A stretch of DNA of 64,000 nucleotides from positions 93,351 through 157,350 of the forward strand of contig NMRA01000240.1 in NCBI GenBank assembly GCA_002633005.1, read 5' to 3'. Below are positions 12,794 to 26,450 of the stretch, piece by piece. Position numbers and translations under genes: made by a program. The DNA comes from Phoronis australis. Lineage: Eukaryota; Animalia; Phoronida. How positions within the stretch are numbered: the stretch's first letter is position 1; every line of letters starts with the position of its first letter. The notes below the pieces were generated by a model. The model was not told where the DNA came from. It ran no database searches and saw nothing but the letters and a program-made list of their open reading frames with translations.

Positions 12794-15700
12794 GTAAGTT
12801 TTCAAAATTTTCTTTGTTTTGACAGCTACAAGCCAACTTGCATGTTATTTATTTTAACCTAGGTGAGGCGAAACCCGGAATTATGTAGAAAGACGTGATG
12901 TTTCGGAAAACTCCGCACAATCGCAAAAAGGACCCCTTGATTGGCCGGCAATATATTGTTTTAATGAAAGTCAGTCAAGTAATAACTGTTTCTAAATTTG
13001 CCCTGATCTTTGGTTATATTTCCTGATACCACAGTGTAAAATCCACCTGCAAACCACCGTTACATGTGTAGGGTAACGCATAAAATGAAATGCTTTCAGA
13101 AACTAAACCGCGTGGTGGGGCTTCAGCCAAGTCAGACAAACGTTCTATGAAAAACTGGCTTAGCTAGACAAATCTGTGAAGTACCTCTTACCAACCTAAT
13201 CGTTCTTGATTGTTTGCAGTGACAACTATGAAACAGGTGTTCAAAAAAGCACAGTCTTTTTCTATGAATATCGCTTTTTTCCAGAGTTCATTTTCTCTAG
13301 TAACATAACAATGGTAAATAGGTCCTATTTGTTGCAATGTCTCCCGTTTACGGTAACTTACACTACATGTATCAGGTTCAATAACTTTTACTTTCTGCAG
13401 AAATGCATTTATTTATAATCATTTATGAAAAGCACCTACATTTAAAGGACGTTCTCGGGCTCAAAACATTATTTTCAGATCGATGGCTGCCGATTAGCGA
13501 ACCTAAAAACAAACATTAGTTGAAGGTTGGTTCGATAGTCCGAAGAGCCGAACGTCCGAAATGAAATTCCATCGGCCGATAGCAGGCAAGAGTCCGAAGC
13601 CAGACGATATTCCGAAAATGAGGACTTTTTTACTCACATATAAATTGCTATTTTTAAATTTTTGTGAATTTTCTATGCTTTAGCTTGCATTTAACTACTC
13701 TTGCTAAAGGCGGGGGTCGATGAATAATCCTATTAAGTTTGAAAGCGCTAACTTCGGAATGACAGCCTTTGGAAAAGAAAGCCTCATACATATTTTTTAA
13801 TGCCATAATTTTTACGAAAATCCATCAAAGCTTAATTTTAAGGTACATATTACGCGTATTTAGGCTCATGCGACTACAGTCGAAGATATTCGTAAATACT
13901 TGCTCGTGTCTGTATGCGAACCTACATGTAAGGAGTAATCAAAGTTTCTAAATGATGCTCTGGTGCACCCATTATTTAAAATATATTCAATGCTATTCTG
14001 CTCGCGCAATTCGTTGGAGATTGTTGCCAATGAATGATACAGGATCGCTCTGTACGCCTGGCCTTTTTTGAGTGTACATAAATGTAAGTGCTTGCACATT
14101 AATTAACATTTAGATCAAGCACATGTGTTAGCTTTTCAATTGAAAATTATAGGATTATGTTAACATGTACTGAGGATTTCCAAATATTGCAACCCGGAAG
14201 AGCGCCCACTCAAAAAAGAGATTTGCATGAACCGGAATTTAGAAAGGTTTTAGTTTCCTTTAAGAAAAATCTGCTCACAGTGTCACTTTTTAAACTCAAT
14301 CGTGCATTTCACCCCATAAAATTTAGCCTGAACTTTAAATATTGCAGTTGCCACCATGGAGATTCTAAATTAGTTCAAATAATATTGTTATTCATGCCAG
14401 TTGCTGCTTTTGTGTTGACGGAATGACAATACAGCTTTTCACCGTTAGCGGAATATCTTGTATATGGCATTCAGTTATGCTTAGCGTTCAAAACGTAAAC
14501 TGTGTCCGAAATATTGCCCATATTTTCGTCAGAAAATTTCAGAAAAAGCACTCGCTAGGGGCGCTCTATCGGATATTTCCGAAATCAAACCAACTGTTGG
14601 TTAAAATTAAAGTGGAAAATTAAGTAATCTCAGTTGCAAAAAGCTCAGGTGACATCGCTCAGTAAATGAATAATCAGATAAACTCGGCTGTTTCACCAAA
14701 ATTTTTACGCCCGTTTCAGAAACGATTTCATGAATGTGGCAAAGTGCGTTGTTTCTGTGACACAGAAGATTGTCTTGCATGTACTTATAGTATTAATGAA
14801 ATTTGATCATTTTGGTATGTTTTTTTCACACTTGTAAGTCGACAAGCGATAGTCAAAAACTGTACCCAGATTTATTTGAACATGTCTTACCTTTCGGCCG
14901 CTTGTCATATCACACCACACACAACACTTTACAGGAGTGATTCTGGGAGAGTCTCTCACCAAAAATATCACGCGAATCCTTTTAGCATATGAAAATTGCG
15001 GCAATCAACACAGAGGTCTCTGAAAAAATTATCCATCGTTGTAATGTTCTGCGTTCTAACATTTTTCATCAAAATTGTTACAATCGTAAATTTCAAAGCT
15101 ACATGATAGATGTCTGTTATTTTTATCTATGAGAAAGTCGTTACATGCCAATTTGTGAGTTTATTGAGTTTTTGGTAATTGTTACTGCATTCTGAATTTT
15201 TATTGAAGCATTTAATTGTACCTTATTAATTAGAATATATAAATATGTATAATTGTGGACAAATGCTTGACTAAATTGCCCCCAGTAACTGTGAGGGATC
15301 CATATTTTACACTATAACGACCAAGACATTAAAGAGCCTTTGTATTTATACGGTGCAATTATTTTGAAAGTCCTTTCTCTACAGGCTTAAATATGTCATG
15401 TCTCATTAAAACCGTGAATACTTAAAGTTGTAGCAAGCCCCACCTAATACCTTTCAAGAGAACTGCTTACATGTATAATCAGGAAAAGAAATACCTTGTA
15501 AATACATATCAATTCTAAAAAAGCACCGCATCTGATACATTTATAAACGAATGTGAACATAAAAACCTGCTGGTTTTTCAAAATATTACGCACTCGTTAT
15601 TTTTCAGTGAACTAAACAAATAATAAAAAACTGTTTCTTATTTCATTGGGGTGACGAGAATCTTTTGCGGCTTTCGTAGAGATTCCCATACCTAAGAAAT

Positions 15701-16526
15701 GTGAACAAAGTGTGTGTGTAAATATCTAGAGTTTTTACAACCAGAGATGCAAAATGGCACGATCATGAACATGTGACGGACAATGAAATAACAGAATGAT
15801 TGTTTTCGTTGTGGTCACCGTGAATAGCCAGACTTCAGTTGTCGGTAGCCGACATTGGGTGTTCTTCTGCCATCATAAAATATTACCATACTCATTTACA
15901 TAAAAATAGTTTCGCAAAACGAGACTTTCGCAAGGTAGTAATATTACATGGTTCTCAGATCGTTTCCGGTACACTGGAGGGCCTGGGGTTGATTGTGAAT
16001 TAGTTCTTCATCTGTGTATTCATCATTTCTTGAGACTTTGAATCCTTAACTAGTCATTTATATTACCTTTGTGGTTCACTTCCCTTTTGATGCTCCTCTT
16101 TTCCCTGTAATTTTTGCATTTTAGTTACAGTCTTGGTTTTTAGAATGAAAAAAGATTTTTGAAACCAGTCAGGAATGCAAATTAATATTTACTTATCAAT
16201 TAAATTATTTGCCTTTGCTCCTGTGATCAAGACCTGATCAAGAGATTCTATCGATACGGCTCTTATACAATTTAGTTGTAAAAAATGGCGGAGTTACGAA
16301 ACGTTTTAGTGACATTAAACTCCAAAGACCAACACCGGAACAAACGAATTTAAGCAAATTTTACGCATGTGTGACTCAAGCTCAGCAACGCGAGATCAAA
16401 GTTGCCATTTCAGTGCTAGAGTTCAAAGATCTAAATTCGTTCTCTTTCGTTTAAAAGGTCAGTGTAATAATTCAAAGTTATCATCATATGCGTTCCTAGA
16501 TGTATAATATAAATTTACTGTGATTC

Positions 16527-18525
16527 TTAAAGTCCTCATCTCATTCTAGTTAAAAAACCTAAAAATATGTACCAAATTAAGTAATATGTAACGTGGCATA
16601 ATGTTCACATCGTTTCTGATATCAAGCTAAAACCTTTTTTGCATAATTTTGTACCTTGGCCGAGATCGGAAAATCATCGACTATTCCCGTCGATTTCCGT
16701 GACCTGAGTTCCTGTGTGTCAGTTCAGGAACGATTCCTGAATGCCAGCCATGTTGTCTTTGAAAACGTATTGTCATCACCGTGAGCGTAAATGCGTTTTT
16801 ACTTTGTTTGGTTGTTTTTGATTCCCATTTTGGGTCTTTTTATATAAACTTTATTATTTACTATCCAAATTTTACTCGATCTTTGCATATGACGAATGGT
16901 ATTTAATGCATAATCATCAGTTGAAGTAACGTTGCAAAGTCTGCGTAGCCAACACTCGGCTACTGTGGTCAGCCCTGACTCATCGCGAGGGTACGTCAAA
17001 TTAGCAACTGTACCCGTTTAGGTAATAAATCTGAAGAAAAAAGTTGCTTAATCAACTGTCTTTATCGCCATATCTTGAAATTGATTCAAAGAACCAGTCT
17101 GAAGTGAGCAATTGCCGTTTCACGGTGCCTTCCCGGAGATGTGACAGCAGTGCATAAATGGCAGCACCGGCTTTTCTGGCCGCTAAAAATATATAGAAGA
17201 AAAGAAACGTCCACAAACCGCGATGTTTCGACAAACAAATAACAAGTTTTCTCTAAAAGCAGTGAGCTCGACATCTGTGCTTGATTTTGCTTCCAGGACA
17301 GAGTAACCGACGAACAACCGGTAATTCCGCTGCCTACAGTCGCCGGGAAAATAATCACTTGCTGAATTGGCCTTGATTTTCAGTTATCAGGGAAAATGTA
17401 TTTTCAAACCTCACGAAAACAAACTTACAGTATATACCTCTGTTGTCGAAATATACAAATTTCGCGCCGCAAACCGGTGAAGGGGGAGTGTAATGAATTT
17501 TAGTCAATGAGCTGAATGTCGGCGATGGGAAATTGTTGCAATGTTAGGAGCATGACGCACAGGAATTTCACTCTTTCAAAGCCGGGTAGCTAATTAATGT
17601 TTTCATCTTGTCCCGCGGAGTACAGCTGGTAGCGTATACAAATGTTTATGGCTAAGTGGGATCTATTCATTTTGCTTAAACTCATCAATACTTGTATTGT
17701 ACTATTTGGCAAGATGGCAAGTTTTCTACCTGAAGTTATTTCACCACTAAATGAGATTTTTGGTCAGCCGCCCGACCGTAGTGAAGTCGGCTCTAAATAA
17801 ATTGCCATATTTTCGCAAGTTTAACTGTCATGATATTCTAACGGTATAACAATTTTATTCAATAATATGATGTTGCATGTTCGTTGTTTTGTTTATACTG
17901 TTTGTTTGCCAGAGATAATTAAACCCACTAAAACAAGTTTAGCCAAGCCCGCCATAATCGGTCCCGGTTATTATTCAATCGTTTGCGCAGGATTTTTACT
18001 AGTTCGTATTTTATCAAGTGTCAGAAATTATCTTTGCATGTATACGGCATTCATGATTTCAACTATTTATTTCAATAAAACAGCCGGGGACGGCATGCCT
18101 CCCTCTTTTGTCAGTGCAGGTCATCGGCTGCAGGTCCGTGCCGGGCAAAATAATTTCTGTCAAAATTTTATATTGCCACATTTTGTCGACATTTTCAGTA
18201 CAAATTGCCCCTATTTTGGTTATATTAAAAGTTGAGATGCGCTGTCGATTATTTTATCCCCGTTTTCAGGCTGGCAACAGACACTGCTCTTTTCGCACCG
18301 CCAGCGTATACTAAGCCTGGGTTCCTGAATGAATCGTACTTCCAGGTTCACAGTTAGTTCAAAATGGCGGTGTGATCTTCGGGTCGGAATCGTGAGCGAC
18401 GCATTTTTTAAGACTTTCTTCGACTACGGATTGTGTATTGGTTATGGGGAAAGTATTGCCTGCTTCCTTAAAATGTCTTCTAACCATTTAAGGAGGGTTA
18501 AAAACATGTGCTTCTAGGACTTCAA
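16527..18525. mobile_element. Diverged relative of the TTAA Kolobok-like family
   Basis: TTAAAGTCCT...AGGACTTCAA ends; CAGTTCAGGAAC...TCCTGAA motif and about 500 bp of the right subterminal region are similar to 5550-6060. Confidence 0.65.
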
Positions 18526-18549
18526 GTGAGCAAGTTCTTAAATTTTTAG

Positions 18550-18684
18550 GTGTCAAGGACCTGCCATGCCAAAAAGAATACCAAACAGGCACCAATTGTG
18601 GCCATCAGCCAAACAGCAAGTGTGTGAACCACGAATGTGTATGCGTGACCGGCTACACCCTTAATGCCGACGGGAAGTGTGACG
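18550..18684 (+). CDS. Internal exon B (RVKDLPCQKEYQTGTNCGHQPNSKCVNHECVCVTGYTLNADGKCD)
   Basis: tttttAG acceptor, G|GTAAGT donor, 135 nt, phase 1-1, EGF-like CxCxxGY...C; absent from the ORF track. Confidence 0.9.
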
Positions 18685-19616
18685 GTAAGTCATTAGGTTA
18701 TAAGATTGACAGGCTAGGGATTGTTCATTCAGCAGACAGCTTTCGAAAAGTGTGAGCTTCTACGTGCCTCATCAGACATCTATTAAGTATACATGTATTT
18801 TTCACTAGTGAAAGGAAAGTAAACGGCGGCGGGTGCCAAAAAGTACGCTTGGCTAAGATTAATCAAATTAATGTTAAAATTTCAGGTCTTTGTAAGTCTG
18901 TTCCGAGAGAATGAGTTAAATGCTCGTCCAAACTTTTGGACACAAGTTTTGTCTCAAGTCCGTCTTTTCGGAGCACACGGTTTTCTTCAGAAATGAAGAG
19001 CTGGTCGAACATATATACAGTTGGCGTATACATGAGTATAGAAAACTCCGATTATGCGGGCTAGATTTGAAAATAATTAAACTCGAAAATTTTCATTTCG
19101 TAACTTCGAATGTGATACTCGGTTTCCATACAATGTTTATTTTTTTCAAAATCCGTCCCTAGATTATCTGTGGGAAACTCCGAAAACATGCCAAAAGTTT
19201 TACTCCCTTTGCTCGAATTCCGTTTATAGAATTGGCTTTTGAATCAACAGCTCACGAAGGCGTGCCGCTCGCTGGCTCCCTTTCATCATTGTTTGAATAT
19301 TTCACCATTACTTTTGACTAATATCTGTAACCCTATATCGTTTCATTTCTGCCTGTGGTGAGACAGAAACACTACCGAACTAGACCTGCCATCAATGATT
19401 TTTTAATCAGTTTTTCTAAGTTTCTTGACCATGTACTTTATGGTTGCGCTGCGAGGGATTGTGAAATTTACAGACAACACCAGTGAATATCGTTAATCTT
19501 GAATATTTATATGTGTTCAACATTTTTACTGTACATGCTTTCATCAAGCAACTTTTTATTTACCCAATAATTTATTTACCACCACCCTCCCTCACTTGAT
19601 TTCTATTAATCCACAG

Positions 19617-19739
19617 CTTACAGTAACGTCTCGTGTGCGCTTGGCGGAACACATTGTGCTGAAAACTCCGTGTGCAAAGAAAAGAAATGCGAATGTAAAG
19701 GTGGTTTTTTGCACGAACAAACGACTGGTCTCTGTGAAG
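19617..19739 (+). CDS. Internal exon C (AYSNVSCALGGTHCAENSVCKEKKCECKGGFLHEQTTGLCE)
   Basis: ccacAG acceptor, AAG|GTAACT donor, 123 nt, phase 1-1, 6-Cys module; the ORF track shows a different frame here. Confidence 0.9.
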
Positions 19740-22700
19740 GTAACTGAAACTCAATTGTTTCCACAACTGGGCATTCAATAACCTCGAGTACGTCGAATAA
19801 AGCAGATATCCTGCGAATTTGGTAACAACTGACACATGTCTTCTATCGAGTTGTACTAAAGAGGAACTGTGCACAATTCCGTGTACGTGTAACTATTGTC
19901 GTTCGTCTTTACACCTGAGTCACGGGTATAGCTTCTGAAACCATACTTGTGCAAATACTGTAACCAAATGTAACATTTGTGGAGACCACGTGCCTAAAGC
20001 TGCAAAAGGGAGGGTGACATTAGAACAGCGTTTCTTACAAGCAAGGAATTCTTGTAACTGTGATATCTCGCAAGTTTTTTGCGAAATGTTGTCACGCATT
20101 GCAAGTAAAGCACGTGATCATAATACTATCTTGCTCTCGATTGTCCTGGGTCTACGCAACGTAATCTTAGACACTGGTATATAGGCGGTCGGGGAGGCAG
20201 ACCACCAGTAGTGTCCCTAAACAAAGCATGGGCGGCGAGGCACTAAAAAAGGTGGGCGGCTATAGGTCCGCAGACCCCTTTGGTGTGCCTCCCATGCAAA
20301 GGCAACAGTAAGTGAGAAAGTGCGAGGCACAAACGACAAGACACGACATAAAATAGTCGACGACTAGGGAAAGCAGCTGTAGTGTTATCTCTCGGCACGG
20401 CCACGCCTGCCACAGCACTTTAGAGGGCGGAGGTCGGATGGGAAAGACACGGAGCAACTACATGTATTTACGACGGGGTCCTGCTGAGATGGAGCAACGA
20501 ACGTAAAACTCTCCAGCTAGTAGCCGCACATAACTGAACGTCAGATGCGCGTGTGTGTGTATGTGTGTGTGCGTGTGTGTACACTCGCAGGCAACTGCAG
20601 TCACGAGGACACAGATATTCTTACTACTGATGTGAACAACATGCGACCTGGTAACTTAAAGCCTTGTCCTCTGCCGGCACAAATTGAGACCCCCTGTCAT
20701 CCTGGTGGTCAAAATTTTGACACGCCATCTCACACTTCCGCCATAATTGATTTACCAACCGCTGGACGCACTTCTTGGGACTACTTCTCTCGAGTAGCCA
20801 GAATGTCGATACGACCTTGCGCTATGTGTAGCGTCATAATTAAGTCTTGATTTTGAGCATCTTCAACTGTGGCTTAGTTATAAGAAGCTGATCCGAACGT
20901 CCGGTAATTATGCTGCCCTAAAACAATACTTACCTTCCTACAGGCCCGGAAGCCAGTGTTATTCGCACCGCCTGGATAACCGCGAAAAAATGGGTACGCC
21001 GCTGGTACTTGACAATTCAGCTCAAACCGGAAGAACTTATCAGTTCAAGAAACGCTTGTACTTTTAGAACTAGTATACGATTTACATGTTTTAATTCAGA
21101 AGTAAATGCGGGCTCTGGACTGTTGCCGAGCATTGCTTGTTTTATGATCCGCATTATCAAAACGGGATACAGAGTTACTCTGACTAAATTCAAATTTCAA
21201 AATTTCCTAATGGTGCAGATGTATCATCAAAATCGGCTAAAACAGTATTTCATTGCAACATACATGTAGAATCACATTTTTTAAATGATTAAAATTAGTT
21301 AAATTAGTTTTTATCGCAGGCGAAAAAGTTGTTTTCCTCCTTAACGTCTGCCCAAAGAGTTGCAAAATAGTATGAGCGGAGAATGTACATCTAATGGTGA
21401 ATGTATCTCTCACAAAAAGTATTCCTTCCGTTATGTACACGTACACATGTATGTTTGCCACGTTTCTGTTTTATTGCATTTAAAAAGCATCAGAATGTTT
21501 TGACTGCAGCTTAGCCACGGAAGTCTGCGCGAGATATCGTCGTGCATTAAAACGACAGGCCGTAGAGACGGAGACAAATCTCCCAGCGAAATCCCATGGG
21601 AAGCCACTGGTGGCCGTTGTTGTTTCATGGACCGTAAGACGTCTCGCGAGCGTATGTGCGACGAAAAGACTATAGCTGATACTCGTGACCATTGCCGATT
21701 TTAGTGTGTTCAATTTAAAATTGTGAAGTGTTTAAAACATTGAGAACAAAGAATATGAGTATTGGAAAAATCCATATAGGCAAAATACCGAGAAAATCAT
21801 CAAAAAAATGTGTAGCATAGGTAATATAAAATACGCAAAATACAACATAAATGAGCAAGAGGGTGTCTTAGTAATCAGAGGTGAGCAGTTGAAAATAGGT
21901 GATTGGAGGGTTGGTAGGTACAGAGCGTGTAGGATTTTGTCCAGGTTTTCAGGGGGGTAATAAGCACAAGACAGATCTACTGAATCAGAGGCAGGAGCAA
22001 AAACGAAGGGGGTGGGCAGGCGCCCCTCAACCAAAAGGTTGTTGGCGGAGATAGCTTTCTGTCCCCCAATTTTCGAGGTATTAATATCAATTAATTAACA
22101 ATTAATTATTAAAACTTTCAACACACAAACATTTTAAAATAAAATTGAAAATCTAACACTCTCCTCCCCCAACCATCAAGTATTTCCTAAGCCAGTTTCC
22201 AAAAACTGTCATCTTACGCCATCCAAACACGGGTCCAGATGATTGTTTCCAAAATTCACACTTTACGACATTCTACATTCAAGCAGGGGGGGTTGTGCCC
22301 AGTTCCACGAAACAGTCTCAAATACCTACTCATCAGGGGCAGATTCAAGATTTTTAAAGGTGGGGGGTCGGTTCAAAGATTTTTTAAAAAGTGTGGCCCA
22401 AGTCAACAATTTGAAAATTTTAGATTTGATATCACTCAAAATCAAGGGAAAAAGTGGGGGTCTTAACTCCTTTGACCTCTCCCCACCAGTTGCCTAAGTC
22501 TTTAGCTTATTTGATTCTGTTTTTTACTCACTGTTGTTATGTTTTGCTATCATTTTTATCTTGATTACGAAATCCTCTTTTGGCGTTTTTAAAATTATAT
22601 CTACTAAACATTGAGCCCTTAATTCACTCAAATCATTTAGGGACGTAGTCGTTAAATTAGGGGCGTTGCATGAAATGATCTCTTCTTATTTTCTATAATA

Positions 22701-23199
22701 TCGGGAATTCAAGGTAGAAAACACATTACACGTTCAAATAGACCTGCAGTTCCCATTAAACAGCCAAGATGCCAACTATAGTTTCCAGCTCTCGTCAACC
22801 ATTCACATTTTAGTAATTCAATTATCAGCATTTACTGTAATTAATGGCGTACAGCCTACATCCACAGGTGAAAATGGCCAACTTCAAAGTACATAACATG
22901 AGGACGCCTTATTTCCTGGCTTGTCAAAACAAAAATCTAAGCAAACGACAACTTCACTGAGTGTAACGGGTCTCCAAAAATACTTCACATACTACCGAAG
23001 TACCCACCGCTGTAGGGCTCAATATGTCTTTAAAAGAACACTTTCCTTCAACACTTCCTATTGCAAAATTTTCAAGCAGGTTACCAAACTTTACAATTAA
23101 TATTTATTACGCTCTGAGGTCCATGCCGTGTTAGAAAACAAAATTGTTTACCTCCTACTGCAGTCAAAATTGCACAAAAAGTGATCATCTCCGCCATAT

Positions 23200-24310
23200 A
23201 TCTCTGTTTCATGTTTCGTTAAACACGGTTAAGCCATTTTGACATTTTGACAATAATTTTGGACAAGCACTATTTTGTTGAAAACGAGATAACACAGAAC
23301 TTAAATTCGTCTAAAATGAACTTCCCTCCAAAACTGTGAGATTCGGTCCGCACAGGGAGGGGCACTGCATTACTGAACTCAAAGCCTTGTTCGAGCTGTT
23401 GTAACGAAAAATAAACATTAGAATAACTTTTTGATGAGAACCTCTAGTATACATTTTCCCTGTAGAGTTAGAGAGAGCTCACTTTGAAGTTGTTCAAACT
23501 TGATATTTAGATTTATGAAGCTTGAAAAAAGAATTTGAGTTATTTTTGTAAATAGTCATTTTGCCACTACACCAAACTTGACATCCTTTTTAACCATACC
23601 ACAGTTTAATGATCATGCTATGTTTAAAAATAACTGAAAGCTACAAAAATGCGAAGTTCATTAGAGGGTAGGCCTAACTTAAATTCTTATGGTGCAATTC
23701 CGTGCATTAATTTGTCTTGGACACAGCCCTAGACCTACCGGAGCTAACTGTTTGCCTTAGACAAGATAAGTGTGTACTTGAGCTATAAACCTGAGTTTTT
23801 TTTCGTCCGAAGACTAGAAAAGCGTAAACAGTGCTATGGACTCGATGTACTTTACTCGGGGAGTCCCACCAGTTGTGACCTACTTTTCATTTGGCGGATT
23901 TTGGCAGACGGCAGAATAAAAATATCGGTGAATCATCACTGATTTTTTTTTCGAAAGATTCTGAAATCTATGGTATCGTACAGATAATTCGACTTTAAGA
24001 TACATACCCAGCTTTACATGAGCATATCGCATCAGTGGCGTTGCAATTTGTCAGGTGAGGATGAAAACCTTGTGGGGTTCTTCGGATTTTCGGTGTCTCC
24101 GAACACTTTTTTTTTGTCACCTTTGCAAATTCCCACATCATGAATTCTCTGCTCAAAAGCATCGCCAGTTGTCTTTGTCAAAGCGTTTTAAGATAATGCA
24201 AAAAACACTCATGAATTCCATCAGGAACGTCGTTTAGCGACATACTTTTGTCTCTAACATCTTGTTTCTTTGTCGGGTGTCACGTGACTTTTCACAAAGG
24301 GGCGAACCTT
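23200..24310 (-). mobile_element. Inverted partial copy of the 1226-3316 element
   Basis: Reverse-complement similarity in many blocks, e.g. GAGTCCCACCAGTTGTGACCTACTTTTCATTTGGCG vs 1667-1702. Confidence 0.8.
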
Positions 24311-25475
24311 ACGACAGTTTAGCTGCCCACTAGGGCAGTTAAAAACACAAACACTGATGATGACCGCGGCAAAGCAAGCTGAGACGTTGCTGGGGTGGTG
24401 AGGTAAGTGAACGTGACCAGGGGCTTGTGGGATTTCAGGGCGGAATAGTTTATGGGTCCACATGGCTGTATCTCCTGAACGCTCTACAGAATTTTTATTG
24501 AATTTTGCTTGTTTTTCTATGAAGGTTACAACACACGGCGACGACTTTTGGACGGATCGGTCTACCGGTGCCCCTAGTGGCAATTTTACTTGTTTACGTT
24601 TACATCTGTATCTTCAAAGGTCTTCAACGGATTTTCATAAAATTTGACATACAGCCATTTTTGTGAGTTGACGCTGTCCTCCAGTTTTCGGTCGGATTCG
24701 TGGCATTTTGCGCCACCTAGTGGCCATGTTTAATGTTTTCGAGTCTTGTTATTTGGCGTCTGGCCCTCTATCAACCAAACCCCTCTAAGGATGGTTGTAG
24801 AAATTGGCATGTATGTTCCTAAAGTGAAGAGAAATTCTGACGATGACTTTCCGATGATTGCATCTACCGTGGCTTCTCTTTGCTCTGCGTTGTTCTTGTA
24901 GATGCCATTTGGAAAATGGAATAAGATACGTATGCGTGGGCAGCGCACCATAAGGGGTTGGGGCTGTAGCCCCATTAATTTGAGTACTGCGCGGCTCATA
25001 GACATTGGAGGCTCACCGTGTTGGGGGCTAGGAGCTTTTGACCCCCACCTATTTCAGTGCAGCACCGCCCATGATATGTACAATTGGTGAACCATATGGA
25101 CACGGCAAAGTCAATAATGTGTAGCAATCAACATTGACGTTGTAAGTCAATAACTTAAAAACACTCATCTGCAGAAGACCTAAAATTTCATAAATTCAGT
25201 CAACATTTCAGTCTCAATCAAATCACCAATATTTCAAAAAGTTTGCAAAGGTTGTTAGGAGGTGATCTTAAATTACGTCCCGGCTATTGACGTTTTCTGT
25301 TCTTTTTTGACTTGCCTATCCATCTTCGTATTGCCTAGGCATCAGTGTGTATTTTGACAAAACAGGTCCCCGCAAACATCTGTTTTGAAATGCAAATGAT
25401 TGAGAAAATTTCGTGTAAATTAGGTGTGGAAAAGGGAAACACAAAAATATTAATAACCAGCCAATATTGTTGCAG

Positions 25476-25592
25476 CCTTGTCGGATGTTTCGTGTGTTCG
25501 GGGCGGCACGTACTGTGAGAAGCACTCGACTTGTGTTGATGACAGGTGCAGGTGTGACGATGGTTACCTGGATGTAGGCGGAGAATGCCAGG
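25476..25592 (+). CDS. Internal exon D (ALSDVSCVRGGTYCEKHSTCVDDRCRCDDGYLDVGGECQ)
   Basis: ttgcAG acceptor, AGG|GTAGGC donor, 117 nt, phase 1-1, 6-Cys module. Confidence 0.9.
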
Positions 25593-25615
25593 GTAGGCCC
25601 TATAACTATGGATGC

Positions 25616-25721
25616 CTGTATACATACATACATGCATGCATGCATGCATGCTTACATACATACATACTTACATACTGTACATACATACATACATACATAC
25701 TAACATACATACATACATACA

Positions 25722-25753
<32 letters not shown>

Positions 25754-25757
25754 CATA
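25616..25757. repeat. (TACA)n/(TGCA)n microsatellite
   Basis: Direct reading; lies just downstream of the exon D donor. Confidence 0.95.
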
Positions 25758-26195
25758 TGTCGAGGCATCCGAGAGCATAGATGCGTTCATCGTCGTTCCA
25801 GTTAATGCTCATTACATATTTTTAAGCTAAACGAATTGTGTGCAGTTTTTCTGAGACAACACAACAGCTTTTCATTCAAAATACTTTGACTGTTTACGTG
25901 AATGTATTTTCATTTTGTTTAGTTTTGCTTTTCGCAAAAATCTTCTAGACACGCTGCCATCGACTTCTGGTGAACTAGTGTAGTGGCGCACGCTAACCTT
26001 GTCCTACAGACTCTACGCATGGTGTCCAAAACACGTCTTGAGTATCCATAACCCAATAACTTGTTAGGAAACTGTCATAATAACCTCATAATCAGGCTTC
26101 CAATGCGTACTTAGGAAAGAGAGCTTTCTGATGTTATCAAGAATATTCAAAATGTCGGTTAGTTATCCCAACACTGAAAACACGGATATAAAATT

Positions 26196-26350
26196 CAGTG
26201 GCGGATTTAGAGGGGGGCCAAGGGGGCCATGGCCCCCCCTAGTTTCTTACATTACTATTGGCAGTTCGGGGGTGCGGATGTTCGACGAGCAAAATCCTGG
26301 CTAATACTCTGCCCTGGCCCCCCTAACTCGAAATCCTGGACCCGCCCTTG
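26196..26350. mobile_element. hAT-like MITE (CAGTGGCGGATTTAG...GGACCCGCCCTTG)
   Basis: Same terminal motif family as 1922-2253, with an internal GGGGGCCATGGCCCCC palindrome. Confidence 0.6.
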
Positions 26351-26450
26351 AGATTTGCAATTCACTCAAAAATATCATCAGTGGACTGACACCGTTCTTA
26401 GCTTAATTATTTTGTTCTGTTGTTCTGCGTGTGTTATAGCAGATAGTTAT

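Noticed and set aside
13442-14263. Possible TTAAAGGA...TCCTTTAA element
   Set aside because: The inverted match is only 8 bp and there is no second copy in the window to support it
24354-24390. CTGATGA...GAGACGTT hammerhead-like string
   Set aside because: The GAAA core is mutated and stems I and II do not pair; at best a dead relic
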